Source: Octopus bimaculoides
Lineage: Eukaryota
NCBI RefSeq assembly: GCF_001194135.2
Contig: NC_069004.1
Span: forward strand, 2,809,788-2,873,787
Length of the DNA stretch: 64,000 nucleotides
Direction: 5' to 3'
The position numbers and the translations under genes were made by a program. Under the pieces are notes generated by a model. The model did not search any database. It saw nothing but the letters and a program-made list of their open reading frames with translations, and had not been told where the DNA came from. How positions within the stretch are numbered: the first letter of the stretch is position 1; every line of letters starts with the position of its first letter. Of this stretch, positions 39,539 through 51,342 are shown one piece after another.

Positions 39539-42500
39539 GGTGGCAGGCTGTCAGAATCGTTAGCACGCTGGGCAAAATGCTTAGTGGCATTTCGTCCATT
39601 TTTACGTTCTGAGTTCAAATTCCACTGAGGTAAACTTTACCTTTCATCCTTTTGGGGATTGATAAAGTAAGTACCAGTTGCACACTGGGGTCGATATAAT
39701 CAACTAGCCCCTTTCCCCCTCAAAATTTCAGGCCTTGTGCCTATAATAGAAAGGATTATTATTATTATTGATTCAAGGCAGCGAGATGGCAGAATCGTTA
39801 GCACGCCAGGCAAAGTGTTTAACATTTCATCCATCTTTACGTTCTGAGTTCAAATTCTGCCCAGGTTGACTTTGTCTTTCATCCTTTCAGGGTCGATAAA
39901 GTAAGTACCAGTTGGACATTGGGGTCAATATAACCAACTTACCCCCTCCCCCTGAAATTGCTGGCCTTGTGCCGAAAATTGAACACATTGTTGTTATTGA
40001 TTATTGTTTGTATTTTTTCTAGTGTGAAGTATGTATGTGCTGGCAGCATGCCTTCTGTATGAACTTAGATGAAGCAACTCTTCCCAAGAAGTATATCTGC
40101 TCCATCTGTCAGAACCCACGAGGTAAGAAGAAGAAGAAGAAAATATTGTGGACATAAATGGAGTTTTTAAATTTGTCTCAGTTTGTTGTATGCCAAGGGG
40201 AGACGTGAGTTTTAAACAGTTCAAGCAAATCTCTACCCCCTGATGGAAGAAATTCTACGTGTTTCAGATAGCATAGGGTCAGATATGTTAGAAGAGGACA
40301 CGAAAAAGGGGGAAGAATAGGGGATGTAATAAGTCTTAAAGACATGTGACTACAAAGTTGCAACGTGATTGCTTGTCTGTTTTTAGTATATAATCTTCTT
40401 TTTCTATGCATGGTATTCATTACTGCTTTAATGGGAATCCAGTAGAGATTATGTTTTGGCTATTCTGCGTATACCAAGAACATGGCATTGTAAGGTTAAG
40501 ATAAATGGAACAGAAACATGATGATGCTGTTACATATTCTTGTGTTTTATTATGTTTGCTTTCTTCTATTATTTTCTTCTGCTTGGCAGGTCTTCGTCCT
40601 AGTGCCAAATACATCTATGACCAAGACTGGCTGAAGCTAGGCCAGCTGCCTGGCTTCAGTTTCGTTGAAGCAGACCACGACGAGAGCGGAAAGGTCAGCA
40701 GGATCCTTGCCACGAACAGTCTTGTCGGTGACTTACACAATATCATAGCTGTACTTTACGGTACCAAACGGCAGATCAAATTGTCCCTGTGAGTTCTTCA
40801 GTAACGTCTTTTCTGTTTTTTTTTTGCCTTTTCTATTGGAGTCATTTGACTGTGGCCGTGCTGGAGCACGGGTTGTCAAGTATTCTATCACACACACACA
40901 CACACACACAATGAGCTTCCACACAGTTTCCATTTATCAAATTCACTCAGAATGGCACTGGGGCCATTCACACAACAGTACCTCTGTAGGACCTTAGCTA
41001 TGACATATATATGTTAAATGTCATTTTTACTCGAAGATGGAAGGCGGTGAACTGACAAAATTGTCAGCACACCGAACAAAGTGCTAAGTAGCACTTCGTT
41101 TGTTTTTGCATTTGTGTTCAAAATCTGCTGATGTTGACTTTGGCTGTCATCCTTTCGGGGTTGATGAAATAAATACCTGTGAAAGACTGAGGTTGGTGTA
41201 ATCAATTGGTCCCCACTTCCTCCAAAATCTTAGGCCCTGCTCCTAAAGTAGGAAGGATTAGTTGGTGAGCTGGCAGAATTGTTAGCATGCTGGGCAAAAT
41301 GGTTAGCGGCACTTTTATTATTATAAGATGGGGTGTTAGGGGAAGGTAGAATCAGTAGTGCCGAACGAAATAGCTTACTGTATTGTATTACAGCCCTGTA
41401 CATCCCAACTTCAAATCCTACCAGAGGTCAATTTTGCCTTCTATTTTTCCTCTGTTGATACAATAAAGTGTTGCTCAATCACTTGGGTGGTGTAGTGATG
41501 GGGATCAGTCTTTCCTATCTTGGCCTTATCATCGTCGTCATCATCATCCATTTTCCATGCTGGCATGGGTTGGACAGTTTGACAGAAGCTAACTGGCAAG
41601 TTGGAGGGCTGCACCAGGCTCCAGTTGTCATCTGTTTTGGTGTGGTTTTAACAGCTGGATGTCCTTCTTAACACCAATTTGTGTGACATAATTATTATTT
41701 GTTTCCGTTTCCTTTTTCTTCCAGGTCAAATGACAAAGAAGGGCTAAAATTGTGGACTAAAAACTGGTCGACCCTCAACAACAACACAGCTGACACCTCA
41801 CACACGCAACAGGAATGTCCAGAATTGAGACCAACACTGTCCAGCTTCAGGGTATCCACTTTTGTTGACCCTGTATTGATTGACCCTCAGTTGCCTGCAG
41901 AGATCCTGGCTGACCAACAAGACTCTGAGGCTGACGAGTCGGGGGTGGTGCAGGGGACAGGTCCTACTCCTGCCAGTGGTCCTCATCCACTGACCACGAA
42001 TAATTGCAGTCCATCAGATCAGAATCACTCAGGTTGGTATTTCGTTTTTGTCTTGTCTTTTAATTTTTTTCAGTTTTATGGTTATGTGGCGTGGTGGTTA
42101 GGGCGGTGGACTTTCAATAATGAGGCTACGGGGTCAATTCTCGGGCCAGGTGGCATGAAGTGAAATAAAGCAACGCACAGCACTTTGAGCAAGTGTCTTC
42201 TTGTATATTCCTGGGTTGACCAAAGCCTTATATACCTATGTCTATAATAGGTGCAGGTGTGATGTTTAAGAAGCTTGCTTCCCAACCACACAATTCCAGG
42301 TTCAGTCCCACTGTGTGGCACCTTGGGCAAGTGTCTTCTACTATAGCCTTGGTCCAACCACAGCCACTTTCCAAGTGGATTTAATAGGCAGAAACTAACT
42401 GACAAGATCATCATATGTACACACACACACACATACTGAAACAAGTAAACAATAAAAAATGTATGTATGTGTGTGTGTGTGTGTCACTCCCTTCTTACCT

Positions 42501-45003
42501 TGACATTGCGTGATAATTATAAACCAGCTTCCACTCTTCTGTGAAAACCTATCTGGCCTTGGGGAAATACCAGCTTGTTTAGGAACAGGGACAAGAAGGG
42601 TATCCGGATGTAGAAAGTCTTTCTCAATGAGTAATCATCTGACCCATGCAAGCAAAGAAAAGTGGATGTTAAAATAACGATGATGGTAATTAAAACAGAA
42701 AAATCAAGTATTTTGTTTAACATTTGTATTTCCTTTGTTTAGGTGTGGATCAAGATCCTGGTTCTCAGTCAAAAGGCACTGGATTGTCATCGTCATCGTC
42801 ATCGTCATTATCATTGTCTTCTCTGTCATCCTCGTCATCGCCATCCTCCTCCTCCTCCTCATCGTTGCCATTGAAATCCAGTCACTTACCCAACAGTGGG
42901 AAAATATCTAGTCTTCTCAAGGATAGCCCGAATCGAACGGAAGCAGGTTCCAAAAAAGCTGGAGACCACAAGAAGGGTCAGTTTGTTTGGGAAACTGACA
43001 ATGACGAACAGTCCAAGCCAACAGTCAACAACAGCAGTTGTAAGGTTAGTAACACATGCTGTGCCTTCTGATTCTTCGTTAGTTTTTTTCTGTTTGTATA
43101 CCTTCTCTAATAAAATATCATGCATTATTTTTCCATTAAGTAATCCTGCATTATCTGGTAGCTTTGTGACTTAAATGATGTGATTATTTATTGTAGGACA
43201 GTGGTTCTCAACCTGAGGGGGCCATATAAGATTTTTGGCAGGGTCCACACAAAATAGTAAACTGGAGATCATCATCATCGTTTAATGTTCATTTTCCATG
43301 CTGGCATGGGTTGGACGTTTTGACTGAGGACTGACAAGCCAGGAAGCTGCACCAGGCTCTAATCTGATCTGGCAAAGTTCCTACAGCTGGATGCCCTTCC
43401 TAACGCCAACCACTCCGAGAGTGTTGTTGGTGTTTTTTACATGCCACCAGCACAGGAGCCAGTCAGGTAGGCCTGGCATCGGTCACATTTGGATAGTGCC
43501 TTTTTATGTGCTACCGGCACAGGAGCTAGTCAGAGAATATTGGCATCAGCCACATTCGGATGGTGCTTTTTATGTGCCAGAATCCTTGTCCAGTACCGGA
43601 TTGATACCAAAATCTAATCGGTTCATGCCAGTCACGACGTCAAACATCCCTGAAAGTCTCATCCGAATCCATCCAGCGGTTCTTGAGATATCTTGTCTAC
43701 AGACGAACATGACTGAAAACAATCCCTCCATCTTGGTGAAGGCAGAGGTAATAATGTAAACATGATTCAATTGAGATACAGATATACGGCACTAAAGTAA
43801 ACTGAATTGATAATACCCTATAAATTGCAAGCNNNNNNNNNNNNNNNNNNNNNNNNNNNNNNNNNNNNNNNNNNNNNNNNNNNNNNNNNNNNNNNNNNNN
43901 NNNNNNNNNNNNNNNNNNNNNNNNNNNNNNNNNNNNNNNNNNNNNNNNNNNNNNNNNNNNNNNNNNNNNNNNNNNNNNNNNNNNNNNNNNNNNNNNNNNN
44001 NNNNNNNNNNNNNNNNNNNNNNNNNNNNNNNNNNNNNNNNNNNNNNNNNNNNNNNNNNNNNNNNNNNNNNNNNNNNNNNNNNNNNNNNNNNNNNNNNNNN
44101 NNNNNNNNNNNNNNNNNNNNNNNNNNNNNNNNNNNNNNNNNNNNNNNNNNNNNNNNNNNNNNNNNNNNNNNNNNNNNNNNNNNNNNNNNAGGGTTGAATT
44201 TCGTCTTCTTTCTGTATTTCAGCCTCCGTCAGTGTGTGGTGAGGGTGATTCCAATTTGGAAAGTACTGAAGATCCAAGACGAGAAAATGCAACAGAAACT
44301 TCCAAGGCTGTCACAGTGGATCCGTTGCAGGATTACCAAACCAATCTGTTGCAATACGTCATGCAGACGCAACAGGAGATCAATCATCGACTCGATTCAA
44401 TAGGAGAGCAGATCGACAGTATGTATAGAGTCTTTTACTCTTTTACTTGTTTCAGTCATTGGACTGTGGCCATGCTGGAGCACTGCACAACTCGAACTCA
44501 GATATTTAGTGTGTGTCATTTGTTAGGATTGGGCACTTTTGTATTTATTTTCCTTTCACTGGTCTCTTATTAATGGGTAGAGTGCGTAAATCCACATGAA
44601 AAATACGCAACCTCACAACATGGCCATGTAATGACAAGTGACCATCAGTGTTCGACTGGTCATCAGTTTGTGTTATCACGGATCAATCCATGTTATGTAG
44701 ATTACAATCGAATGTACCCTGTTATCCTGGATCGGATGATTAAAAATTAATGCAATCCATTAAATTGTGCCTATAATAATTGGTGCATGAGGAACTGTGA
44801 ATAGTGATATAGACAAATGGTTGAAGGAGATAGCCGTCTTAACAATAATAATAATAATAATATTTCTTTTTCTATTTTCAGGACTGGAAGACAAGGAGAA
44901 GATTACAACACCACTCTCCTCTGACCTGCCCTTGTTGAGGAAATCTCTGCGGAGTATGATGAATGATTTGAGTAAAGTACGGAAGATGGCTGCTTACCAA
45001 TGA
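16851..45003 (+). CDS. PHF20: PHD finger protein 20-like gene (Tudor-Tudor, C2H2 finger, PHD finger, C-terminal coiled coil), about 1260 aa visible, multi-exon
   Basis: 20 exons with GT-AG sites and mutually consistent phases. Motifs [57 protein letters not shown] and C-terminal NLLQYV..Q.EI..RLD match the PHF20/PHF20L1 family. Confidence 0.93.
16933..17264 (+). CDS. PHF20: PHF20-like exon: acidic/Gly N-terminus and start of Tudor 1
   Basis: ttctttcag acceptor; [16 protein letters not shown]...[16 protein letters not shown]; TG|gtaaga donor. Confidence 0.9.
17291..17361. repeat. Perfect (CA)n microsatellite
   Basis: About 35 CA units right after the 16933-17264 exon; many similar (TA)n, (GA)n, (TG)n and (TTA)n tracts across the window. 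Confidence 0.95.
17750..18310. repeat. Degenerate CA-rich cryptic microsatellite
   Basis: Near-continuous CA/CAT/CAC variants; produces spurious His/Thr-rich ORFs. Confidence 0.85.
19060..19325 (-). mobile_element. Family-B SINE, antisense, just upstream of the Tudor-1 exon
   Basis: Reverse complement of family B (ttctttcagtttccgtctaccaaatccactcacaaggctttg...tggttggaaagcaagct). Confidence 0.85.
19404..19566 (+). CDS. PHF20: PHF20-like exon: Tudor 1 core
   Basis: ccacag|G TAC CCT; [29 protein letters not shown]; gtaagc donor. Confidence 0.95.
19735..20093 (+). mobile_element. Two tandem family-A SINEs
   Basis: Family-A consensus twice, separated by (TTA)n; the second is cut by an N gap. Confidence 0.8.
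21313..21395 (+). CDS. PHF20: PHF20-like exon: second half of Tudor 2
   Basis: [27 protein letters not shown] resembles YTVKFYDG of Tudor 2; poly-T acceptor, gttggt donor. Confidence 0.85.
21670..22170 (+). mobile_element. Family-B SINE, sense, downstream of the Tudor-2 exon
   Basis: ggctgtatggtaagaagcttgcttccc...ccttgtgagtggattttgtag...gtggtgccccagcttggccg..actgaaacaagtaaaag. Confidence 0.8.
25257..25272 (+). promoter_or_regulatory. CTCF-like binding motif
   Basis: CCAGTAGGTGGCGCTA fits the bilaterian CTCF core CCASYAGRKGGCRS. Confidence 0.55.
27728..27950 (+). mobile_element. RTE-clade LINE ORF2 3' remnant
   Basis: [16 protein letters not shown]...PRTRW*DNL resembles the RTE tail KWRWAGHVAR..DxRW...RP..RW.DD; in-frame stops. 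Confidence 0.7.
28746..28995 (+). CDS. PHF20: PHF20-like linker exon
   Basis: tttccag|AGA ATG GAC; open frame; G|gtaaat donor. Confidence 0.85.
29609..29737 (+). CDS. PHF20: PHF20-like linker exon
   Basis: tctttcag|AG ATG AAG; G|gtaaca donor; phase 1-1. Confidence 0.85.
30232..30351 (+). CDS. PHF20: PHF20-like linker exon
   Basis: tttcacag|AA CCT; [10 protein letters not shown]...ENTT; G|gtatgt donor. Confidence 0.85.
31212..31498 (+). CDS. PHF20: PHF20-like linker exon with Ala-rich tract
   Basis: Weak AAG acceptor; EDKEKKK...[18 protein letters not shown]...[18 protein letters not shown]; gttagt donor. Confidence 0.8.
31575..32135 (+). mobile_element. Two tandem decayed family-D SINEs
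   Basis: Head and core (ttgctccagtccactcagctgg..ttgtacctgtaattcaaaggg) repeated twice. Confidence 0.75.
32293..32782 (+). CDS. PHF20: PHF20-like linker exon (EKK-rich)
   Basis: ctgttag|GTT GAA; 490-nt open frame; G|gtaggt donor. Confidence 0.88.
33348..33479 (+). CDS. PHF20: PHF20-like exon (basic, NLS-like)
   Basis: tctacag|GT CCC; RKRLKLGGK; G|gtaagc donor. Confidence 0.87.
34303..34494 (+). CDS. PHF20: PHF20-like exon: C2H2 zinc finger
   Basis: [29 protein letters not shown]; T|gtaagt donor. Confidence 0.95.
36073..36243 (+). CDS. PHF20: PHF20-like exon
   Basis: ccttttag|GT TCC; open frame; G|gtaaat donor; phase 1-1. Confidence 0.83.
38533..38604 (+). CDS. PHF20: PHF20-like exon
   Basis: tatttcag|CT GCA; [12 protein letters not shown]; A|gtgagt donor. 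Confidence 0.83.
39110..39237 (+). CDS. PHF20: PHF20-like exon: PHD finger N-half
   Basis: [18 protein letters not shown]|gtaaac. Confidence 0.95.
39539..39985 (+). mobile_element. Two head-to-tail tRNA-derived SINEs (family A here)
   Basis: ggcagaatcgttagcacg...ctgagttcaaattcc...ctttcatcc..gataaagtaagtaccagt...ggccttgtgcc, separated by (TTA)n. Confidence 0.85.
40023..40122 (+). CDS. PHF20: PHF20-like exon: PHD finger C-half
   Basis: [33 protein letters not shown]; G|gtaaga donor. Confidence 0.96.
40590..40788 (+). CDS. PHF20: PHF20-like exon: post-PHD conserved block
   Basis: [19 protein letters not shown]...[14 protein letters not shown] resembles family KYWYDKEWL..ATHQLLGD; gtgagt donor. 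Confidence 0.93.
41725..42032 (+). CDS. PHF20: PHF20-like exon
   Basis: cttccag|G TCA; GLKLWTKNW; G|gttggt donor. Confidence 0.88.
42743..43044 (+). CDS. PHF20: PHF20-like exon with poly-Ser tract
   Basis: tgtttag|GT GTG; open frame; AAG|gttagt donor. Confidence 0.85.
43270..43570 (+). repeat. Interspersed repeat family C
   Basis: catcatcgtttaatg..ttccatgctggcatgggttggac...ctacagctggatgcccttcctaacgccaacc; copies near 5390, 41540, 46680, 49975 and 63170 (+), and 32870, 34020 and 37480 (-). Confidence 0.75.
44223..44418 (+). CDS. PHF20: PHF20-like exon: C-terminal coiled coil
   Basis: [28 protein letters not shown]; A|gtatgt donor. Confidence 0.92.
44882..45003 (+). CDS. PHF20: PHF20-like last coding exon
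   Basis: [25 protein letters not shown]-stop (TGA 45001-45003), like the family LPQLK..I..L..DL.KV..IA end. Confidence 0.92.
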
Positions 45004-45673
45004 ATTCCATCCCAGGAACTTGGATATCTCTCTCTCTCTCTCTCTTGAAGAAGAATCTGGTGTCGTTTTCTTACTTTTTTTTGTTTTGTTTTGGGGGAGT
45101 TTTTCAAAAAGAAAACAAATTACCCCCCCCCCCCCGCAAAAGCAAAAAAGAAAAAAAAAACAAAATCAGGGGGAGGTGGCAGTGGCGGTGATGATGGTGG
45201 TGGTGGCAGACATGCAGGAGTTCAGGCATAGAATCACCACGTTACCATTAGTCATGAATGGTATCACTCACTCACTCACGCATGCACACACACACACTCA
45301 CACACACAACATATGCCCTGATATACATACGTATGTGCATACATGTGCAAAAGGGCTGGTGCTTATGTCTTCCAAACAAACACCCTGGAGCCACTGATCA
45401 AGACGATGCGAACAAGCCTCGGAAAATTGGCTGTGGATGATGGCATCGGTGGTGGTGGTGGTGGTAACTATTTTGGAAGAAGGTGTCGGGGGTTTTCTTT
45501 TTGATGTGAAAAAAGGATTGCTAAACTTTTATTTATTTCTTTTTCTTTTTTTTTGTTTGTTTGTTTTTGTTTATTTAACAGGAATGGCTGTTATTTCAAA
45601 ACAATATTGTATATTATTATCATTATCATTGCGTTCGTAAGAATATCTTATTTGTATCATACAATCATTATTC

Positions 45674-45999
45674 AGCCGAGGTCGACTTTGCCTTTCTTCC
45701 TTTCGGGGTCGATAAATTAAGTACCAGTTACACACTAGGGGTCGATGTAATCAACTATCCCCTCCCTCAAAATTTCAGGCCTTGTGCCTTTAATAGAAAG
45801 GATTATTGTTATTATTATTATTAAGGCAGCGAGCTGGCAGAATTGTTAGAACGACGAGCAAAATGCCGCTACGTTCTGAGTTCAAACTCCACTGAGATTG
45901 TCTTAGCTTTTCGTCCTTTAGGATTGGATTAAACACTGGGGTCGATGTAATCGACTTAATTCCTTCCCCCCAAATTTGAGGCCTTGTGCTTCCAATAGA

Positions 46000-46031
<32 letters not shown>

Positions 46032-46460
46032 AGGTAGGGAGCTCACAGGATTGTTAGCATGTCAGGCAAAAATGCTAAGCAGTATTTCGTCTGGTTTTAC
46101 GTTCCGGGTTCAAATCCTGCCGAGGTCAACTTTACCTTTCACCCTGAAGGTAAAGGGTCGATAAAATAAGTACCAGTTCAAGCACTGGGGTCGTTGTGAT
46201 CAACTTAACCCCTTCTCCCCCTCCCCCACCGAAATTGCTGGCCTTGTGCCAAAATTTGGGACTATTATTATTATATTTATTATTATCATTATGGCAGCAA
46301 GTTGGCGGAATTGTTAGCATGCTGGATGAAATGCTTAGTGACATTTCGTCTGTCTTTGTGTTCTGAGTTCAAATTCCACCAAGGTCAACTTAACCTTTTA
46401 TCCTTCTATGGTCAGTTTGACTAGACTGCCTTTCCACTAAATTCTTGGTCCTGTGCCTTT
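45674..46460 (+). mobile_element. Four head-to-tail family-A SINEs downstream of the PHF20-like stop
   Basis: Same consensus starting near 45674 (partial), 45823, 46031 and 46291, each after a (TTA)n tail. Confidence 0.85.
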
Positions 46461-47890
46461 CTTACAAAGTCTTCATCATCATCATCATCATCATAGAGTA
46501 GAGTAGTAGATAGAATTTTTTTTTTTTTTCTTTTGGTTGTTTACATTCTGAGTTCAAGTCCTGTTAAGGCCAACTTGGCCTTTCATCCCTCCAGGGACAA
46601 TAAAATAAAGTACCAAACTTCCACCCTTCTACTTATGTTGGGAAGATCACCATCATCATCGTCATCATCATCATCATTTTTACATCTGCTTTCCATGCTA
46701 GCATGGGTTGGATGGGTAATCCTGGTCTGAGTCTTTTCGTATTGGGAGCCATTTCTCTCGCGCCGTTGGGCTTGGTTTCTATGGCTGGATGCCCTTCCTG
46801 TTGCCTATCCTGTAGAGGTTGGGTGGTCCTCAGCAAGACCTGACTATAGGGACTTCACTGCCCTATGCTTTCTCTCTTCATTTGCCGACTACTTTACAGA
46901 GTGTACTGGAGGCATTTTCTTGTGGCATCAACACCAGAGAGGCTGAATTGTCTTTGGGGACGAAGGGCTAAGGGACCTCACAACCTTATGCTTTCTCTGC
47001 TTGTTTGCCAACCCCTTTTTGTGACACCAACACCAGAGGGGTTGTCGTGGTTGCCAGTCTCTCTAGAGAGGGCGGCATGATTTGGCAGCTTTCTGTTATG
47101 GCACCAACACAGGCAGTGGAGGAAGGTGTCTTGTACACAGGAAATTCTCAGTCTGTGAAAATCTTTCTCTAGAAATGTACATAGGCACCTCTTCCACCAT
47201 TGATAATAATAGATTGGTAACCCTTTTGGACACAAGTTGAAGGCTGCCTTCTGTGTGTGTGTGTGTGTGTGTGTGAGATATGTTTGTAGATGTTTGTTTT
47301 TGTATATTGGCACACAATGTCATAAACATTAAAAGACTATTTAAAGAATATATTAAAAAAAACCCTCACTGTGCTGATTAAGTATTTGCTGACGATGTAA
47401 CTCACTAATCATATGCGAATCAGCTCTCACGACCTCTTTCTATTGGCCAGTAAAATTAAAATGTGAGAACCATGTCATATGAAATGTAGAGAAACTCCTG
47501 GAAGTATCAACCCTCCTCCCCCTCCCCCCTCATCACAAATGACTCAGCCTGGTTCTTGTGTCTCTCAAGTGCACATGCACGGGACCAACCGTGTACACTT
47601 GGTTCCTGCACAGTAAGGGTTAAAAGGTGGTGGGTTTGTTCTTTTTGATCTCAAATTAGTGCTTATAATGTTTGGTGACCCTTGGTCTAGTGTACAGATG
47701 GAAGAAACAAAAATGTATGAGGAACCTACTCCCAATACAGTATACATATTAAAAACGCGTCCACCCCTTTAAGGAAATCAAGGAGTGCTTGCTGTAGATT
47801 TTACTTGAAATGTCAAAATGGGGTTGAATGAAATAGGTAGAAGCTTCCTTCTTGTTGTTGATGGTTCTTTTCTCTCTCTTTCTCTCTTTT

Positions 47891-47945
<55 letters not shown>

Positions 47946-50900
47946 TTATCTCTCTCTCTCTCTCGTTGCCATCTTTTGTTCATGTTGCATCCATGTATAT
48001 TTAGTCCTTCAGCATTCAGATCACTCTGTCAAATGCAATGCTTATTTGTTTACATTGCCTGGGAGAAAAGGTGGGGGCCAGCCATGCTAGCTTGGTGTGT
48101 TGGTGTCTGTGTGTGGCTAGAGCGTTGAGCTCACAATCACGAGGTCTTGAGCAAGACACTTTATTTCACGTTGCTCTGGTTCACTCATCTGTAAAAATTA
48201 GTTGCGACATCACTGGTGCCAAGCTGTATCGGCCTTTGACCTCCCCTTGGATAACATTGGTGGCATGGAGGGGGAGGACTGGTATGCACGGACGACTGCT
48301 GATCTTCCATAAACAGCTTTGCCTGGATTTGTTTCTCGGAGGGGAACTTCCTAGGTGTGATCCCATAGTTATTGATGACCAAAAGGGTGGGTCTTTACCC
48401 TATACTCTTTTACTTGTTTCAGTATTTTGACTGTGGCCATGCTGGAGCACCGCCTTTTAGTCGAGCAAATTGACCCCAGGACTTATTCTTTAGAAGCTTA
48501 GTACTTATTCCATCGATTTCTTTTGCCGAACCGCTAAGTTACGGGGACATAACCACACCAGCATCGGTTGTCAAGCAATGTTGGGGGACAAACACATACA
48601 TATATATATATATATATACGACGGGCTTCTTTCAGTTTCCGTCTACCAAATCCACTCACAAGGCTTTGGTCGGCCCGAGGCTATAGTAGAAGACACTTGC
48701 CCNNNNNNNNNNNNNNNNNNNNNNNNNNNNNNNNNNNNNNNNNNNNNNNNNNNNNNNNNNNNNNNNNNNNNNNNNNNNNNNNNNNNNNNNNNNNNNNNNN
48801 NNNNNNNNNNNNNNNNNNNNNNNNNNNNNNNNNNNNNNNNNNNNNNNNNNNNNNNNNNNNNNNNNNNNNNNNNNNNNNNNNNNNNNNNNNNNNNNNNNNN
48901 NNNNNNNNNNNNNNNNNNNNNNNNNNNNNNNNNNNNNNNNNNNNNNNNNNNNNNNNNNNNNNNNNNNNNNNNNNNNNNNNNNNNNNNNNNNNNNNNNNNN
49001 NNNNNNNNNNNNNNNNNNNNNNNNNNNNNNNNNNNNNNNNNNNNNNNNNNNNNNNNNNNNNNNNNNNNNNNNNNNNNNNNNNNNNNNNNNNNNNNNNNNN
49101 NNNNNNNNNNNNNNNNNNNNNNNNNNNNNNNNNNNNNNNNNNNNNNNNNNNNNNNNNNNNNNNNNNNNNNNNNNNNNNNNNNNNNNNNNNNNNNNNNNNN
49201 NNNNNNNNNNNNNNNNNNNNNNNNNNNNNNNNNNNNNNNNNNNNNNNNNNNNNNNNNNNNNNNNNNNNNNNNNNNNNNNNNNNNNNNNNNNNNNNNNNNN
49301 NNNNNNNNNNNNNNNNNNNNNNNNNNNNNNNNNNNNNNNNNNNNNNNNNNNNNNNNNNNNNNNNNNNNNNNNNNNNNNNNNNNNNNNNNNNNNNNNNNNN
49401 NNNNNNNNNNNNNNNNNNNNNNNNNNNNNNNNNNNNNNNNNNNNNNNNNNNNNNNNNNNNNNNNNNNNNNNNNNNNNNNNNNNNNNNNNNNNNNNNNNNN
49501 NNNNNNNNNNNNNNNNNNNNNNNNNNNNNNNNNNNNNNNNNNNNNNNNNNNNNNNNNNNNNNNNNNNNNNNNNNNNNNNNNNNNNNNNNNNNNNNNNNNN
49601 NNNNNNNNNNNNNNNNNNNNNNNNNNNCCCCCCCCCCTCCACCCCCTCTTCCTGCCATTGCTTCTGTTTGAGAGGTTATCAATCTGTGTGGAAATGAACC
49701 TCTTGACACTGTTAAATAAAATAATCTTGAGTTAGCTTCTTCCAGTCTGATAATCTGGTTCATGTTTTAAATACTGGTGATTAGCAATGGTACAGACACC
49801 ATTTTTATTTATTTTCTGTTTCATTATTTATTAAAAGAATTTTTCCAAAACAAATTCCTTGAGACGAAACATGAAACCAAGGAAAAAAAATCTGTATGAA
49901 TGTGTTTACCATTGTTAACTTCAGTTGTATTTAAAGATTTTTTTTTTTTTTAAATTTATATTCTGTTTCATTCGTCATCATCATCGTTTTCCATGCTAGC
50001 ATGGGTTATATGGTTTGACTGAGGACTGGCAAGCCAGAAGGCTGCTCCAGTCTGATCTGGCTAAGTTTCTACAGCTGGAAGCCCTTCCTAACACCAACCA
50101 GTCCGAGAGTGTAGTGGGTGCTTTTTATGTGCCACCAGCATGGGGACTAGTCAGGCAGTAACCATGCTTGAATGGTGCTTGTTACTTACCACCGGCATGG
50201 CAGTGGCACCAGCATTGACCATGCTTGAATGGTGCTTTTTACGTGCCACTGGCATGGGAGCCCGTCAGACAGCACTGGCAATGACCATGCTCGTGCCAGT
50301 CAATCAGCCTCAACAGGTCTTTGCAAGTGCACCAGGAAAGAAAACATTTGTAGGAGTTAACTAAATGTAACTGTACCATCGGTTTCATTTAGTTGTCTGT
50401 ATGGATACTAAACACAAGTAACAATAGAGATGGCAAAGGCTGAAGATCAATCCAGTTCAACAGCCAAGTGCAACCATTGAACAAGAGGTTTAAACCTAGT
50501 CTTCACAAGCACAAGAAACAGACTCTACCTACACATCCCTTTAGTGTGTGTGCATTGAACATGTTATGGTTTATGTGCAGAAACCATAAAACCTGTTAAT
50601 ATATATTTGTGTGTGTAAAATCAATCTGATCACCTGACACATATTGTACATTCTTTGTAAATATTTATTTAAATATTGTGCTACACAATGCATATAATAA
50701 ATTTCTTTTTTAATGGTTTCTTTGTGTGTTTTTTTCATTGATTTAACTTTTATTTTTGGTTATATTTCTTTGGAAATATTTAGCTGCCTTTCTTCTTTCT
50801 ACTATAGTCAACAAAGCCTTGTGAGTGGATTTCGTAGATGGAAACTGAAATGAAGCCTGTCATATATATGTGTGTGTGTCTTCATGTTGAGTAGTTCTTC

Positions 50901-51342
50901 AGTTTAAGGTAAAATTGCTTTTAGCATAACATGAAAACAAATACTAATTTATATACATTATATACGTAAATGTCAGACCATGAAAATGAGTGCTCAACAC
51001 TGCATTGATGGATAAAGATTATTTGTGAATTAAGTCCACCATTGGTTTCATGTTAAGAAAAGTAATAATGTATCCTAGAAGTTATCTTTGGACAACCATT
51101 GCAATAAATTGGTCTTTCAACGATTTATTTACTAGACACAAACGATTATAATAATACTGTCAAACTTAATTTTTAATAATAATTATCAAATGAAGTATAA
51201 TTTTCAACATCGTTCAAGGGAGATAAATTTAATAAGATCAGAGTTATTTCCCTTTAGAAGGAGACGCACTGCTAATGATTTTAATAGTTACCAATAGACT
51301 ACTTCCGTACCTTTAGAAGCATGTAAACGACCAAGTTGATTA

